In this document: one piece after another, positions 47,980 to 58,248 of the stretch
How the letters are laid out: every line of letters starts with the position of its first letter
Numbering within the stretch: position 1 is the first letter of the stretch
Assembly: GCA_017415805.1 (NCBI GenBank)
Contig: JAFQEC010000032.1
Span: 2,411 to 66,410 of the forward strand
DNA: 64,000 bases
From: Clostridia bacterium
Lineage (GTDB): Bacteria; Bacillota; Clostridia; Oscillospirales; CAG-272
Reading direction: 5' to 3'
Translations under genes and position numbers: made by a program
The notes under the pieces: generated by a model
What the model was told of the DNA's origin: nothing
Database searches by the model: none
Seen by the model: only the letters and a program-made list of their open reading frames with translations

Positions 47980-48588
47980 CTACAACCCCAATTCCGAATT
48001 TTTGAGAAACGTGCGGATCTGGGATTCGAGATGCGCCTCATCCGCGTCGTTTTCGAGGATACAGTGGCAATGTGCGCGAAAGAAGGCATCGTTCTTCTGT
48101 GCATTGATACGGCGCTCGGCCGCGGTACGGTCAATACCGTCGCGCGCACAAATGCGCGCGACGCGCGTCTCACGGTTGGCCAATACGCCCAGCACAAGAT
48201 CACATTCGTGCTCGATGCCCGCTTCAAAGAGCTGGGGAGCATCCAACAAAACGGCGCGGGCCCCCGTGTCCTTGTAGGATTGCACCAGCTCGTGCGCTTT
48301 TGCCATAATATATTTATGGGTAATTGTGTTCAAAGTATGCAGCCGTGCATCGGTATCTGCGTGCCCAAGCACCGCCTGTGCGAGCCGTACGCGCTCCACG
48401 GTGCCTGTTTTGTTTAGGATCTCTTGTCCAAAGGCACGCACCAGCTCGTCGGTCATAGTGCCCTTTTGCAGTAAAAGCTCGTGGTAGATGCCGTCGGTGT
48501 CGATCGAGGGGATGCCGTAGCGCGCAAAAATGCGGCAGGCAAGACCTTTTCCCGCACCGCTTTGTCCCGTGATCCCAAGAATCTTCAT
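47980..48588 (-). CDS. coaE: Dephospho-CoA kinase
   Basis: MKILGITGQSGAGK, IDTD, LNTITH, DAPQLFE, RDG, RINAQ. Confidence 0.93.
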   Translation of the reverse strand: MKILGITGQSGAGKGLACRIFARYGIPSIDTDGIYHELLLQKGTMTDELVRAFGQEILNKTGTVERVRLAQAVLGHADTDARLHTLNTITHKYIMAKAHELVQSYKDTGARAVLLDAPQLFEAGIEHECDLVLGVLANRETRVARICARDGIDRTAAERRINAQKNDAFFRAHCHCILENDADEAHLESQIRTFLKNSELGL

Positions 48589-48622
48589 GACGCCTGCTCC
48601 CCATAAAAGTAAATTCATATAT

Positions 48623-48651
48623 ATTATACTACATTTTGTAAACAATTGCAA
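48623..48651 (-). promoter_or_regulatory. sigmaA promoter of the coaE operon
   Basis: Minus strand TTGCAA-17bp-TATAAT. Confidence 0.75.
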
Positions 48652-48681
48652 GGTGAATTTACAGATGTTGTGTTTTTTGTC

Positions 48682-48710
48682 TTGAAATTTTCCCCGAAAT
48701 CCGTTATAAT
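48682..48710 (+). promoter_or_regulatory. sigmaA promoter of the yjjG-murB-whiA-dnaE operon
   Basis: TTGAAA-17bp-TATAAT. Confidence 0.75.
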
Positions 48711-48734
48711 GAAAAAAAGGGAGGTGTGATCCGG

Positions 48735-49421
48735 ATGCGATATCACACAATACTTTTTGATGCCGATAATACCTTGTTGGATTTCGCGCGCTCCGAGCGT
48801 GCGGCACTGACCGAGGCATTGCAGAAAATGGGTGTTGTTGCAAGCGATGAGATGATCGCGGCATACAGCGCGATCAATCTGTCCATGTGGAAAAGGCTGG
48901 AGCGCGGCGAGATCACCAAGGGTGAGCTGCGCGAGGCGCGCTTTGCCGAATTTTGCCGTCGCTTTGATCTCTCGCTTGATGTGCGCGTGCTGGCGGATCA
49001 CTATTTGGAGTCGCTTGCCACAAAATCCTTTCTGATGGAAGGGGCACTCGCGGTGTGTGAGACGCTGGCTGCCCATTGCCGTCTGTATATCATCACCAAC
49101 GGGATCGCGCGCGTTCAGCACGGGCGCTTTGACGTCTCACCGCTGTATCCCTTGTTTGAAGACACCTTTATTTCCGATGAGATCGGTCACGAGAAGCCGA
49201 GCACCGCGTTTTTTGATGCGGTCAGGCGCAAAATTCCCGATTTTGATGCGGCTACTACGTTGGTCGTGGGGGATTCGCTGACCTCAGATATCGCGGGCGG
49301 TATTGCCGCAGGTCTTGATACCTGTTGGTATGACCGAAACAGCAAGGGTGCGCCGCAGGACATGGCCATCACCTATACCGTGCACACGCTGGAGGAGATC
49401 CTTCCTCTGGTCTTGCGGTGA
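48735..49421 (+). CDS. YjjG-family HAD nucleotidase
   Basis: LFDADNTLLDF, ITNG, EKP, VGDSLTSDIAGG. Confidence 0.92.
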   Translation: MRYHTILFDADNTLLDFARSERAALTEALQKMGVVASDEMIAAYSAINLSMWKRLERGEITKGELREARFAEFCRRFDLSLDVRVLADHYLESLATKSFLMEGALAVCETLAAHCRLYIITNGIARVQHGRFDVSPLYPLFEDTFISDEIGHEKPSTAFFDAVRRKIPDFDAATTLVVGDSLTSDIAGGIAAGLDTCWYDRNSKGAPQDMAITYTVHTLEEILPLVLR

Positions 49422-50323
49422 TCGGGGCGGTTCGGGACGTTTTCAAGCAAACGACGATTCCATACCGCACCGACGTGGATACACGCACGCTTTCCACCTT
49501 TCGCATCGGCGGTGTTTGTCCGCTTGTGATCGAGCCGCAATGCGAGAACGAGCTGATCGAGGCAATACGCATCTGCCGCCTTGTCGGTGTGCGCTTTGCC
49601 GTGATCGGACGGGGAAGTAATCTTTTATTTGCGGACGGAGAGCTGAAGCATGTGCTCATCCGCGCCGCCGCGCTTGACGCTCTGCGTCCTACACAAGTGG
49701 GAATTTCGGCACAGGCGGGCTGTTCGCTTGCACGCCTGGCGCACTTCGCGGCGGACCGGGAGCTGTCGGGCCTTGCGTTTGCCGCAGGCATCCCCGGAAC
49801 ACTGGGCGGTGCACTTGTGATGAATGCAGGTGCTTACGGTAAAGAGATCGGTACACTGGTGCAAAGCGTGACGGTATTAGACATCTGCCAAGCGCGCGTT
49901 ACGGTCCTGTCGCGTGAGGAGCTGTGCTTCTCGTATCGCAGCAGCCTGCTGCAAGCGCGCGACCTTACGGTGCTCTCGGCTGAGCTTGCGCTGCCCGTGC
50001 GCGCCTCGCGCGCGGCGATCCTTGCCGAAATGGCGGAGCTTGCAAAAAGGCGCAGGGAATCACAGCCCTTACAGCAGCCCAGTGCAGGGAGCGTTTTTCG
50101 CCGTCCCGCATCGGGTGAGCCGATGGGCAAGGTGATCGAGGAGTTGGGGCTCAAGGGGCTTCGGTGCGGCAACGCGGCCGTTTCCGACAAGCACGCGGGG
50201 TTTATTGTCAATCTCGGCGGTGCAACCGCCGCAGACGTATTGACGCTGATCGAGCATATTCGAAAAAATGTGGAAAGGGAAAGGGGATTTTTGCCGATTC
50301 CGGAGATTCGGTACGTCCCGTAA
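49418..50323 (+). CDS. murB: UDP-N-acetylenolpyruvoylglucosamine reductase
   Basis: TFRIGG, GRGSNLL, GIPGTLGGALVMNAGAY, SAGSVF, KHAGF. Confidence 0.95.
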   Translation: MIGAVRDVFKQTTIPYRTDVDTRTLSTFRIGGVCPLVIEPQCENELIEAIRICRLVGVRFAVIGRGSNLLFADGELKHVLIRAAALDALRPTQVGISAQAGCSLARLAHFAADRELSGLAFAAGIPGTLGGALVMNAGAYGKEIGTLVQSVTVLDICQARVTVLSREELCFSYRSSLLQARDLTVLSAELALPVRASRAAILAEMAELAKRRRESQPLQQPSAGSVFRRPASGEPMGKVIEELGLKGLRCGNAAVSDKHAGFIVNLGGATAADVLTLIEHIRKNVERERGFLPIPEIRYVP

Positions 50324-50327
50324 GTGC

Positions 50328-51188
50328 ATGAACTACTCATTGATCTTAAAGCAAGAGCTGATCCAGGGCGTTCCCAAGGCGCTTTGCTGTCGCAAGGCCT
50401 ATGCGGCGGGGCTTTTTTTCGACGCGCTGGAGATCGGTGAGGGCTGTCTTGCGCTTGCTCCCACTGCCGCTGTCGCACGGCGCGAGTGCGCGCGTGTGTA
50501 TCGCGAGCAATACCGCCGCGAGGCTCTGCTCGGGGGCGGCGCACTGCTGTTTTCCTCGGAAAAGCTGTATGCCACGCGCAACAGCGAGCCCGTGCTTGCC
50601 TGTGCACAGTGTGCAGGACACTTTTTACGCGGACTTCTGATCGTTTGCGGCTCGGTCACCGATCCGCAAAAGGCCTATCATCTGGAGCTTCGGCTTGCAA
50701 ACACGGAAAGAGTACCGTATCTGGCGCGCTTTTTTGAGGAGCGCGGCTGGCACCTCGGCTGTCGCAAGATCCGCGGTGGCCTTGGGCTGTATTCTAAAAA
50801 CAGCACCGTGATCGAGGAGCTGTTGACGGTGACAAGCGCGCATCAGGCACTTTTTACCATGATGAACGCAAAAATTGCGCGTGAGATCCGCAACGTGGAG
50901 AATCGCGCCACAAACTGCGTGGCACGCAACATTCACCGTGCGGTGGATGCCGCCACGCGTCAATGCGAGGCCGTTTCGGAGCTTATCAGAAGCTCAAGGC
51001 TGGAAAAAATGCCGCCCGAGCTACAGGAAACGGCACGCTTGCGCTTGGAAAACAGTGAGGCATCGCTCACGGAGCTGGCGCAGCTGCACAATCCCCCTAT
51101 TACAAAATCGGGTCTCAATCACCGTCTGCAAAAAATTCTGGAATTTGCAAGCACGGGGAAGGATGCCGAGGAAAATCGCAAAAAATAA
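50328..51188 (+). CDS. whiA: DNA-binding protein WhiA
   Basis: FLRG...GSVTDP..YHLE, NRATNC..N, TKSGLNHRL. Confidence 0.92.
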   Translation: MNYSLILKQELIQGVPKALCCRKAYAAGLFFDALEIGEGCLALAPTAAVARRECARVYREQYRREALLGGGALLFSSEKLYATRNSEPVLACAQCAGHFLRGLLIVCGSVTDPQKAYHLELRLANTERVPYLARFFEERGWHLGCRKIRGGLGLYSKNSTVIEELLTVTSAHQALFTMMNAKIAREIRNVENRATNCVARNIHRAVDAATRQCEAVSELIRSSRLEKMPPELQETARLRLENSEASLTELAQLHNPPITKSGLNHRLQKILEFASTGKDAEENRKK

Positions 51189-51204
51189 AGGAAAGGAGAA
51201 CGCC

Positions 51205-54200
51205 ATGTCCGATTTCGTTCATTTGCATCTGCACAGTGAATACAGCCTGCTCGATGGTGCGTGCCGCATTGCCGAGATTCCTTTGCGCGCCAAGGAGTGC
51301 GGACATACGGCCGTTGCGCTCACCGATCACGGTGTGCTCTATGGCGCGGTGGCGTTCTATAAGGCGTGCGTGAAAGAGGGGATCAAGCCGATCATCGGCT
51401 GTGAGGTCTACGTGGCACCGCGCACGCGCTTTGACAAAACAGGGGCGGATGCACACCCCTATCATCTGGTCCTGCTTTGCGAAAACGAGGTGGGGTATGC
51501 GAACCTGCTCACCCTTGTTTCGCGCAGCTTTACCGAGGGCTTTTATTCCAAGCCTCGCGTGGATATGGAGCTGTTGCGTGAGCACTCCGAGGGGCTGATC
51601 GCGCTCTCGGCTTGCCTTGCAGGGCGCATCCCCAGGCTCTTGGTAAGAGGTGATTTTACGGGGGCGCGCTCTGCGGCAAAAGAACTCTCTGTTATCTTTG
51701 GAAAGAACAATTTTTATCTTGAGCTGCAAGACCACGGCTTAGCGGAGCAAAAACAGATCCTGCCCGACCTTTTGAAGCTGGCCGAGGAGCTGGAGCTTGG
51801 GGTGGTCGCTACCAACGACTGTCACTACCTGCGCCGCACCGATGCCGAGATGCAGGCAACGCTGCTTTGCATCCAGACCAACACCCAGCTCGCGGACGGC
51901 AGACCCATCGGCTTTGAGACCGACGAGTTTTACTACAAGACCACCGACGAGATGCGCATGCTGTTCGGGCGCTACGAGGGTGCGATCGAGAACACGGCCC
52001 GTATCGCCGAGCGCTGTAATTTTGCGTTTGATTTCAGCAAAACGCACCTGCCCAAGTTCCCGTGCCCCGAGGGGCTTGCCGCCCCCGTTTATTTGCGGCG
52101 TCTTGCCGAGCAGGGATTTTCCGCACGCGTGGCAGCGGGCTTGATCGACTATTCCTTTGCTACGGAAGGGCAGTATCGCGAGCGCCTTGCCTATGAGCTT
52201 TCGGTGATCGAATCTATGGGCTATGCCGACTATTTCCTCATCGTGCAGGATTACGTCAATTTTGCACGCGGCAAGAAGATCCCCGTGGGCCCCGGGCGCG
52301 GCTCGGGCGCGGGAAGTCTGGTTGCCTTTTCTCTTGGCATCACGGACGTGGATCCGCTGCGCTTTGATCTGCTGTTCGAGCGCTTTCTCAATCCCGAGCG
52401 CATCAGCATGCCCGATATTGACATGGATTTCTGCTACAACCGCCGCGACGAGGTCATTCGTTATGTCAGCGAGCGCTACGGAAAGGATCACGTTTCCCAG
52501 ATCATCACCTTCGGTACGTTGGCGGCACGCGCTGCCGTGCGCGACGTTGGACGTGCGCTGGGCATGTCCTACGCAGAGGTGGACGCGGTAGCAAAGACGA
52601 TTCCGCGCGAGCTTGGCATCACCATTGCCGACGCGCTGAAATTGCCCGATCTGAAGCGTCTTTGCGCCGAAAATCCCGACGTGAAGCGTCTGGTGACGCT
52701 GGCGATGGCGCTGGAAGGAATGCCGCGTAACGTCTCGATCCACGCCGCGGGTGTGGTGATCACCGAGCGCGCGCTCTCGGATTACGTTCCTTTGGCGGCG
52801 AGCAACGGCGTGATCCTCACGCAATACGATATGGATACCATCGCCGAGCTCGGACTTTTGAAATTCGACTTTCTCGGTCTGCGGTATCTGACCATTATCA
52901 ATGACGCGGTGCTGCAGATCCGCGAGAGCGAGCCTGATTTTGACATCGAAAAGATCCCGCTGGACGACCCCGAGACCTACCGACTGATCGGTAAGGGAAT
53001 GACGGCGGGCGTGTTTCAGCTCGAGTCAGGCGGCATGCGCCAGATGCTTATGAATCTTGCCCCAGAGCGCTTTGACGATATTATTGCGGCCATCGCGCTC
53101 TACCGACCGGGGCCCATGGATTCGATCCCCACCTTCATTGAAAACCGAAAGCATCCCGAGGGCGTGACCTACCGCACGCCGCTGCTTAAGCCGATCCTGC
53201 GCTCGACCTACGGCTGCGTGGTCTATCAGGAGCAGGTGATGCAGGTCTTCCGCGAGCTGGCGGGCTACACCTTCGGCCACGCAGACGTGGTGCGCCGCGC
53301 CATGTCCAAGAAGAAGGCAAGCGTGATGGAGGCCGAGCGCGGCGATTTCGTTGCGGGCTGTGCCAAAAACGGCATATCTGCCGACGTGGCCAACGCGCTC
53401 TTTGACGATATGACCGCCTTTGCGCATTACGCCTTCAACAAGAGCCACGCGGCCGCTTATGCGGTGATCTCCTACCGCACGGCATACCTCAAGCAGCACT
53501 ATCCGAAGGCCTATTTTGCGGCACTGCTCACCTCGGAGCTGGGGAACATGCCCAAGATCACCGAATATATTGCCGAGGTCGGCAAGCGCGGTGTGCGCGT
53601 GCTGCCCCCCGATATCAATGAATCCAATGCGGTCTTTCACGTGAGTGGCGCGCACATCCGCTTTGGGCTTCTCGCCCTGAAAAACGTCGGAAAGGCGTTT
53701 TTGGACGGCGTGGTCGAGGAGCGCACGCGCTCGGGACCCTTCCGTTCGTTTGACGAGTTTTTGGACCGTATGTCGGCATACGATCTCAACAAGCGGCAGA
53801 TCGAATCGCTGATCAAGGCGGGCGCATTTGACAATCTCGGCGTTTACCGTAGCCGTCTGATGGCGGTCCTGGAGGAGATGATCGACCGCTTGCAAAGCCG
53901 TAACCGCAGCAAGCTCTCGGGTCAGCTGGATATCTTTTCCACGCCGGGCGCGGAGCGCCCAGAGGTGGAATATCCGCAAATTCCCGAATTTGATCTTCGC
54001 GATCTGCTCGCACAGGAAAAGGATGCGGCGGGAATGTATTTCTCGGGACATATGCTCGATGGCTTCTCCAAGGCACTCTCGGATCCCGCGATCTGCGAGA
54101 TCCGCACCCTTCGCGAGACCGATGCGGACGGCGCTCCGCTTGCAGTTGATCGCGCGCGCGTTACCGTTGCGGGGATCGTGACGGCGATGACGGGCAAGAC

Positions 54201-54699
54201 CACCAAAAGGGACGAGCGCATGGCCTTCTTCACGCTGGAGGACCGCTATGGCGAGATCGAGTGCCTCGCCTTCCCGAAGATCCTCGCGCAGTTCTCGCAT
54301 ATCCTGCACACCGACGCTGTGATCCGCGTGGAGGGCAACCTCTCGCTTCGCGAGGACGAAAGCGCCAAGATACTCGTCTCCAAGATCGAGCCCCTGCCCG
54401 ATAACGAGACGCTTGCGCGTGCACCGCGTGTCCAACAAGCGCCCAAGCAGATAGCGCCCGTGCGTGCCGTTGCACCCGAGCACGCAAAAATTCTGTATTT
54501 GCGCGTGCCGTCTCTCTCCGATCCTCTTTGGCACCGCGCACGCAACGTGCTGGAAATTTTTGAGGGCGATCTGCCTGTTTCGGTCTACGATTCTGCAACA
54601 AAGACCTATCAAATGCAGGAAGCGGGCTTTGACTGCACGGCGTATACACTGCACGAGCTGGAAGAAATACTCGGCACTGACAATGTGGTGCTGAAGTGA
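51205..54699 (+). CDS. dnaE: DNA polymerase III alpha subunit
   Basis: FVHLHLHSEYSLLDG (PHP), GRGSGAGS, MPDIDMD, KFDFLG, YAFNKSHA; RBS aaaggag. Confidence 0.98.
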   Translation: MSDFVHLHLHSEYSLLDGACRIAEIPLRAKECGHTAVALTDHGVLYGAVAFYKACVKEGIKPIIGCEVYVAPRTRFDKTGADAHPYHLVLLCENEVGYANLLTLVSRSFTEGFYSKPRVDMELLREHSEGLIALSACLAGRIPRLLVRGDFTGARSAAKELSVIFGKNNFYLELQDHGLAEQKQILPDLLKLAEELELGVVATNDCHYLRRTDAEMQATLLCIQTNTQLADGRPIGFETDEFYYKTTDEMRMLFGRYEGAIENTARIAERCNFAFDFSKTHLPKFPCPEGLAAPVYLRRLAEQGFSARVAAGLIDYSFATEGQYRERLAYELSVIESMGYADYFLIVQDYVNFARGKKIPVGPGRGSGAGSLVAFSLGITDVDPLRFDLLFERFLNPERISMPDIDMDFCYNRRDEVIRYVSERYGKDHVSQIITFGTLAARAAVRDVGRALGMSYAEVDAVAKTIPRELGITIADALKLPDLKRLCAENPDVKRLVTLAMALEGMPRNVSIHAAGVVITERALSDYVPLAASNGVILTQYDMDTIAELGLLKFDFLGLRYLTIINDAVLQIRESEPDFDIEKIPLDDPETYRLIGKGMTAGVFQLESGGMRQMLMNLAPERFDDIIAAIALYRPGPMDSIPTFIENRKHPEGVTYRTPLLKPILRSTYGCVVYQEQVMQVFRELAGYTFGHADVVRRAMSKKKASVMEAERGDFVAGCAKNGISADVANALFDDMTAFAHYAFNKSHAAAYAVISYRTAYLKQHYPKAYFAALLTSELGNMPKITEYIAEVGKRGVRVLPPDINESNAVFHVSGAHIRFGLLALKNVGKAFLDGVVEERTRSGPFRSFDEFLDRMSAYDLNKRQIESLIKAGAFDNLGVYRSRLMAVLEEMIDRLQSRNRSKLSGQLDIFSTPGAERPEVEYPQIPEFDLRDLLAQEKDAAGMYFSGHMLDGFSKALSDPAICEIRTLRETDADGAPLAVDRARVTVAGIVTAMTGKTTKRDERMAFFTLEDRYGEIECLAFPKILAQFSHILHTDAVIRVEGNLSLREDESAKILVSKIEPLPDNETLARAPRVQQAPKQIAPVRAVAPEHAKILYLRVPSLSDPLWHRARNVLEIFEGDLPVSVYDSATKTYQMQEAGFDCTAYTLHELEEILGTDNVVLK

Positions 54700-54739
54700 C
54701 AGAAATCACGCGCGTTCCCACTGTTCCAACAGTATCACG

Positions 54740-54783
54740 CACCCCCGCCTTGTTCAAAATGAGAACAGAGCGGGGGTGTTTTT
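54740..54783 (+). terminator. Hairpin after dnaE that also sequesters the pbp RBS
   Basis: cacccccgc...gcgggggtg followed by ttttt and then directly ATG. Confidence 0.6.
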
Positions 54784-57168
54784 ATGTGGATCAAAAAAAT
54801 CGGTGGGGGATTTGTGACGTTTGTGCTGTCGTGTTTTCTCGTCGCAACCCTCACCGCAACCGTTGCGGTGGCCGCAGGCGGCGTCTGGGCGGCGACGGCG
54901 CTGGACGGCGAGGTGGCCGAGGAGCTGTTCCTCATTGGGAGCACAGACCGCACCACGCGGCTGTATTACTACGACGAAAAGGGGAGGCCCACAGAGCTTG
55001 TGAGTGACCGCATCAGCGGCTATGAGAACGCGCTCTACTGTCCGCTATCCGAGATGCCCGAGCATCTCAAAAATGCGTTTGTAGCGATCGAGGATAAGCG
55101 ATTCTATGAGCACGGCGGTATCGACTGGGCGCGCACGGCCGCGGCGGTGCTGCGGTATCTGCGCGTACGTGACGGACAGTTCGGGGGATCGACCATCACA
55201 CAGCAGCTGGTCAAAAACCTTACGGGGGAGAGCGAAAAAAGCGTTTCACGCAAGGTCAGCGAGCTGTTGCGCGCGGTCAAGGTGGAAAAAGAGCTTGGCA
55301 AAGAGGAGATTTTAGAGCAATATCTCAACGTGGTCAATCTGTCGGAGAATTGCTACGGGGTTCGCACGGCGGCGAACGCCTATTTTTCCAAGGAGCCCCG
55401 AGACCTCACACTGGCCGAGGCGGCGAGCATCGCCGCTATAACCAACAATCCCTCACGCTACAATCCCATCCGTCATCCGCAAAGCAATCGCGCACGGCGC
55501 GATCTGATTCTTTCGGAAATGTATGCACAGGGCATGATCGGCGAGCAGGAATACCGTACCGCGGTGGCCGAGGAGCTTGCGCTCACGGTCAACCGAGAAA
55601 CGCTTTCGGGGCGAGTGAACTCCTGGTATGCCGATATGGTGGTGAGCGACGTGATCCGCGCTCTTTGCCGCGAGCGCGGCATGAGTGAGGCAACGGCAAG
55701 CCGACTCGTGTATTGTGGGGGGCTTCGTATCTACACCGCGATGAATCCCGAAATGCAACGCATCACAGAGGAATATTATGCGGATGAAGCGCATTTTCCG
55801 ACGCATGGAGATGGAAAGCACGCGCAAAGCGCGATGCTGATCGTTGATCCGAAAAGCGGTGATATTCTGGCGGTCGCGGGCGCGATCGGCGAGAAGCGCT
55901 CCAACCGCATCCAGAATTTTGCCACAGACACCAAGCGCCCATCGGGATCGGTCATCAAGCCGCTTTCGGTGTACGCACCTGCTCTTGAAAAAAATCTCGT
56001 AACCTATGCCACGGTATTTGACGATGTGCCAAGGAATTTTCGGCAAAACGGCGCGCCCTGGCCGCGCAACTCACCCGATGTGTACCGCGGACTGATCAAT
56101 GTCAACACCGCACTCACACATTCGGTAAACACGGTCAGTGTTTCGCTGTATGAGCGCTTAGGCGGTGATGTATGCTATCGCTTTTTGCACGATGAGCTGG
56201 GCTTTGTGTCCCTTTCGGAGCAGGGCGATCGCGGCGCGGCGGCGCTCGCCCTTGGGCAGCAGAGCGCAGGGGTCACGCTGCGCGAGACGGTGGGCGGCTA
56301 TACGGCGCTTGCCAACGGCGGCGTTTACACGGGCACACGCAGCTTTTATAAGGTGGTGGACAGCAAGGGAGAGCTGCTTTTATCCGACGAGCCGCAAGAG
56401 AGGCGTGTGTTGGACGCTTCCAACGCGTCGATCCTGACGCTGATGCTGCGGCAGGTGGTGGAAAACGGCACGGGCAAGGCACTCACACTCAAAAAACAGA
56501 TCGAAGTGGCAGGCAAGACCGGCACCTCGGGCAGGAGCTGCGATAAGTGGTTCGTGGGGTACACGCCCGAGCTGCTGGCGGGTGTTTGGTATGGGCACGA
56601 ATATCCGCAAGCGCTGACCGATATAAAGGGAAATCCCGCGCTTGCGATCTTCGATGCGGTGCTCGCCGATATCTATACGCAATCTCCCGCCAAGGCACGA
56701 CGCTTTACCGTGTCCGAGGATGTGATCGCGGTGCGCTATTGCCGCGATTCGGGAAAGCTCCCGTGTGATGCCTGTCGATTTGATCCGCGCGGGAGTCGCA
56801 TGGAGGTCGGATATTTCAAGCGAGGCACCGAGCCGCACGAGACCTGTGACCGACACGTGAAGATCCTGTATTGCGATCACGGTGGAGTCGCCACGCCCTT
56901 TTGCCCGGAGGAGGAGTGCCATACAACGGCACTGCTGCGCGTATCGCGCGTGTTCCCACGTCAGATCAAGGTGATGGATGCACCTTACACCTATGGCGGT
57001 GCAATGCCAATAAGGGAACAATATTTCTCCTCTAATGAGCCATATTATGCTCTAAATTACGATTCCAAGCGATATTTTGGGGTAGAAATGGGGCTGTCGC
57101 CTTACAACCGCATCTGCCCCGTGCACACGGCGGATGACTTCTGGAGCGAGCGTGTTGAGATCGAGTAA
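54784..57168 (+). CDS. Class A penicillin-binding protein (transglycosylase/transpeptidase)
   Basis: EDKRFYEH, GGSTITQQL, RK..E, SVIK (SxxK), SVN, KTG; Cys/His-rich C-terminus. Confidence 0.95.
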   Translation: MWIKKIGGGFVTFVLSCFLVATLTATVAVAAGGVWAATALDGEVAEELFLIGSTDRTTRLYYYDEKGRPTELVSDRISGYENALYCPLSEMPEHLKNAFVAIEDKRFYEHGGIDWARTAAAVLRYLRVRDGQFGGSTITQQLVKNLTGESEKSVSRKVSELLRAVKVEKELGKEEILEQYLNVVNLSENCYGVRTAANAYFSKEPRDLTLAEAASIAAITNNPSRYNPIRHPQSNRARRDLILSEMYAQGMIGEQEYRTAVAEELALTVNRETLSGRVNSWYADMVVSDVIRALCRERGMSEATASRLVYCGGLRIYTAMNPEMQRITEEYYADEAHFPTHGDGKHAQSAMLIVDPKSGDILAVAGAIGEKRSNRIQNFATDTKRPSGSVIKPLSVYAPALEKNLVTYATVFDDVPRNFRQNGAPWPRNSPDVYRGLINVNTALTHSVNTVSVSLYERLGGDVCYRFLHDELGFVSLSEQGDRGAAALALGQQSAGVTLRETVGGYTALANGGVYTGTRSFYKVVDSKGELLLSDEPQERRVLDASNASILTLMLRQVVENGTGKALTLKKQIEVAGKTGTSGRSCDKWFVGYTPELLAGVWYGHEYPQALTDIKGNPALAIFDAVLADIYTQSPAKARRFTVSEDVIAVRYCRDSGKLPCDACRFDPRGSRMEVGYFKRGTEPHETCDRHVKILYCDHGGVATPFCPEEECHTTALLRVSRVFPRQIKVMDAPYTYGGAMPIREQYFSSNEPYYALNYDSKRYFGVEMGLSPYNRICPVHTADDFWSERVEIE

Positions 57169-57171
57169 AGC

Positions 57172-57207
57172 AAAAAGCTCCCCACGGAAAACCCGTGGGG
57201 AGTCTCT
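57172..57207. terminator. Convergent terminator between pbp and mnmA
   Basis: ctccccacgg-aaaac-ccgtggggag preceded by an A run. Confidence 0.7.
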
Positions 57208-57213
57208 CATTAT

Positions 57214-58248
57214 TTAGCGGATGATGCCGCCGCCGATCACATAATCGTCCTTGTAAAGAACCACCGATTGACCGGGGCAAACGGCGCGCTGTGCTTCTTC
57301 AAATTCCACCGTGAGCTCGTCATCACCCGTTTGCTCCACGCGTGCGGCGGCCGTCCGTGTGCCGTAGCGGATCTTGGCGCTCACGTGCATGGGAGTGTCC
57401 ATACGGTCAAACGGAATCAGATTGATGCTGTGTGCTACAAGGCGTTTGGAGAACAGCTCCGCATTCTCACCCAGCGTCACGGTATTTGCGGCGGCATCCT
57501 TGGCGATGACATAGATCGGATGCCCTGCGGCAAAGCCCAGCCCCTTGCGCTGGCCGATGGTGTAGCGGATGTGCCCCTCGTGCTCGCCCAGCACCCGACC
57601 GTCTGAGGAAAGGAGCTTGCCGTGCGCAAAATCCGTGCCGCGTGTGCGACGGATGAAGGCGGCGTAATCGCCGTCGGGAATGAAGCAGATGTCCTGGCTG
57701 TCCTTGCGCGCCGCCATGGGGAAGTCCTTTTCCTGTGCGATGGCGCGCACCGCGTCTTTGTCAAGGCCACCGAGCGGAAGCTCCACACGCGCGAGCACGT
57801 CCTGCCCGAGTGTATAGAGCACGTAGCTCTGATCCTTCTGCGCGCAGGCGGCGGTGCGCAGCAGCATACGCCCATTTGTGCTTTTCTCAATGCGCGCGTA
57901 GTGGCCTGTTGCCAGGCGGTCATAGCCCCGTTGCTTGGCATAATCGAACAATGCGCCGAATTTAACGGTGCGGTTGCAGGTCACGCAAGGGTTCGGGGTG
58001 AGCCCCGCCTCATAGGCGCGGATAAAGGGCTCCTTGACAAGCGCGTTAAAGAGATCGGCAAAGTCAGCCGTGTAATGCTCGATGCCAAGTGCGTGACAAA
58101 GCGCGGCGGCATCGTCGGCATCGCGGCTCGGCGCGTGCTCCAGCTGCATGGTCACACCTGCGGCACGCGCGTGGTGCTCGACCGAGAGCGCGGCGGCCAC
58201 GGCGCTGTCCACGCCACCGCTCATGGCGATCAAAATGGCGTCATTCAT
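57214..58248 (-). CDS. mnmA: tRNA-specific 2-thiouridylase
   Basis: AMSGGVDS, TPNPCVTCN, ATGHYAR, KDQSY, DSQDICF, YTIGQRKG, PGQ. Confidence 0.97.
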   Translation of the reverse strand: MNDAILIAMSGGVDSAVAAALSVEHHARAAGVTMQLEHAPSRDADDAAALCHALGIEHYTADFADLFNALVKEPFIRAYEAGLTPNPCVTCNRTVKFGALFDYAKQRGYDRLATGHYARIEKSTNGRMLLRTAACAQKDQSYVLYTLGQDVLARVELPLGGLDKDAVRAIAQEKDFPMAARKDSQDICFIPDGDYAAFIRRTRGTDFAHGKLLSSDGRVLGEHEGHIRYTIGQRKGLGFAAGHPIYVIAKDAAANTVTLGENAELFSKRLVAHSINLIPFDRMDTPMHVSAKIRYGTRTAAARVEQTGDDELTVEFEEAQRAVCPGQSVVLYKDDYVIGGGIIR

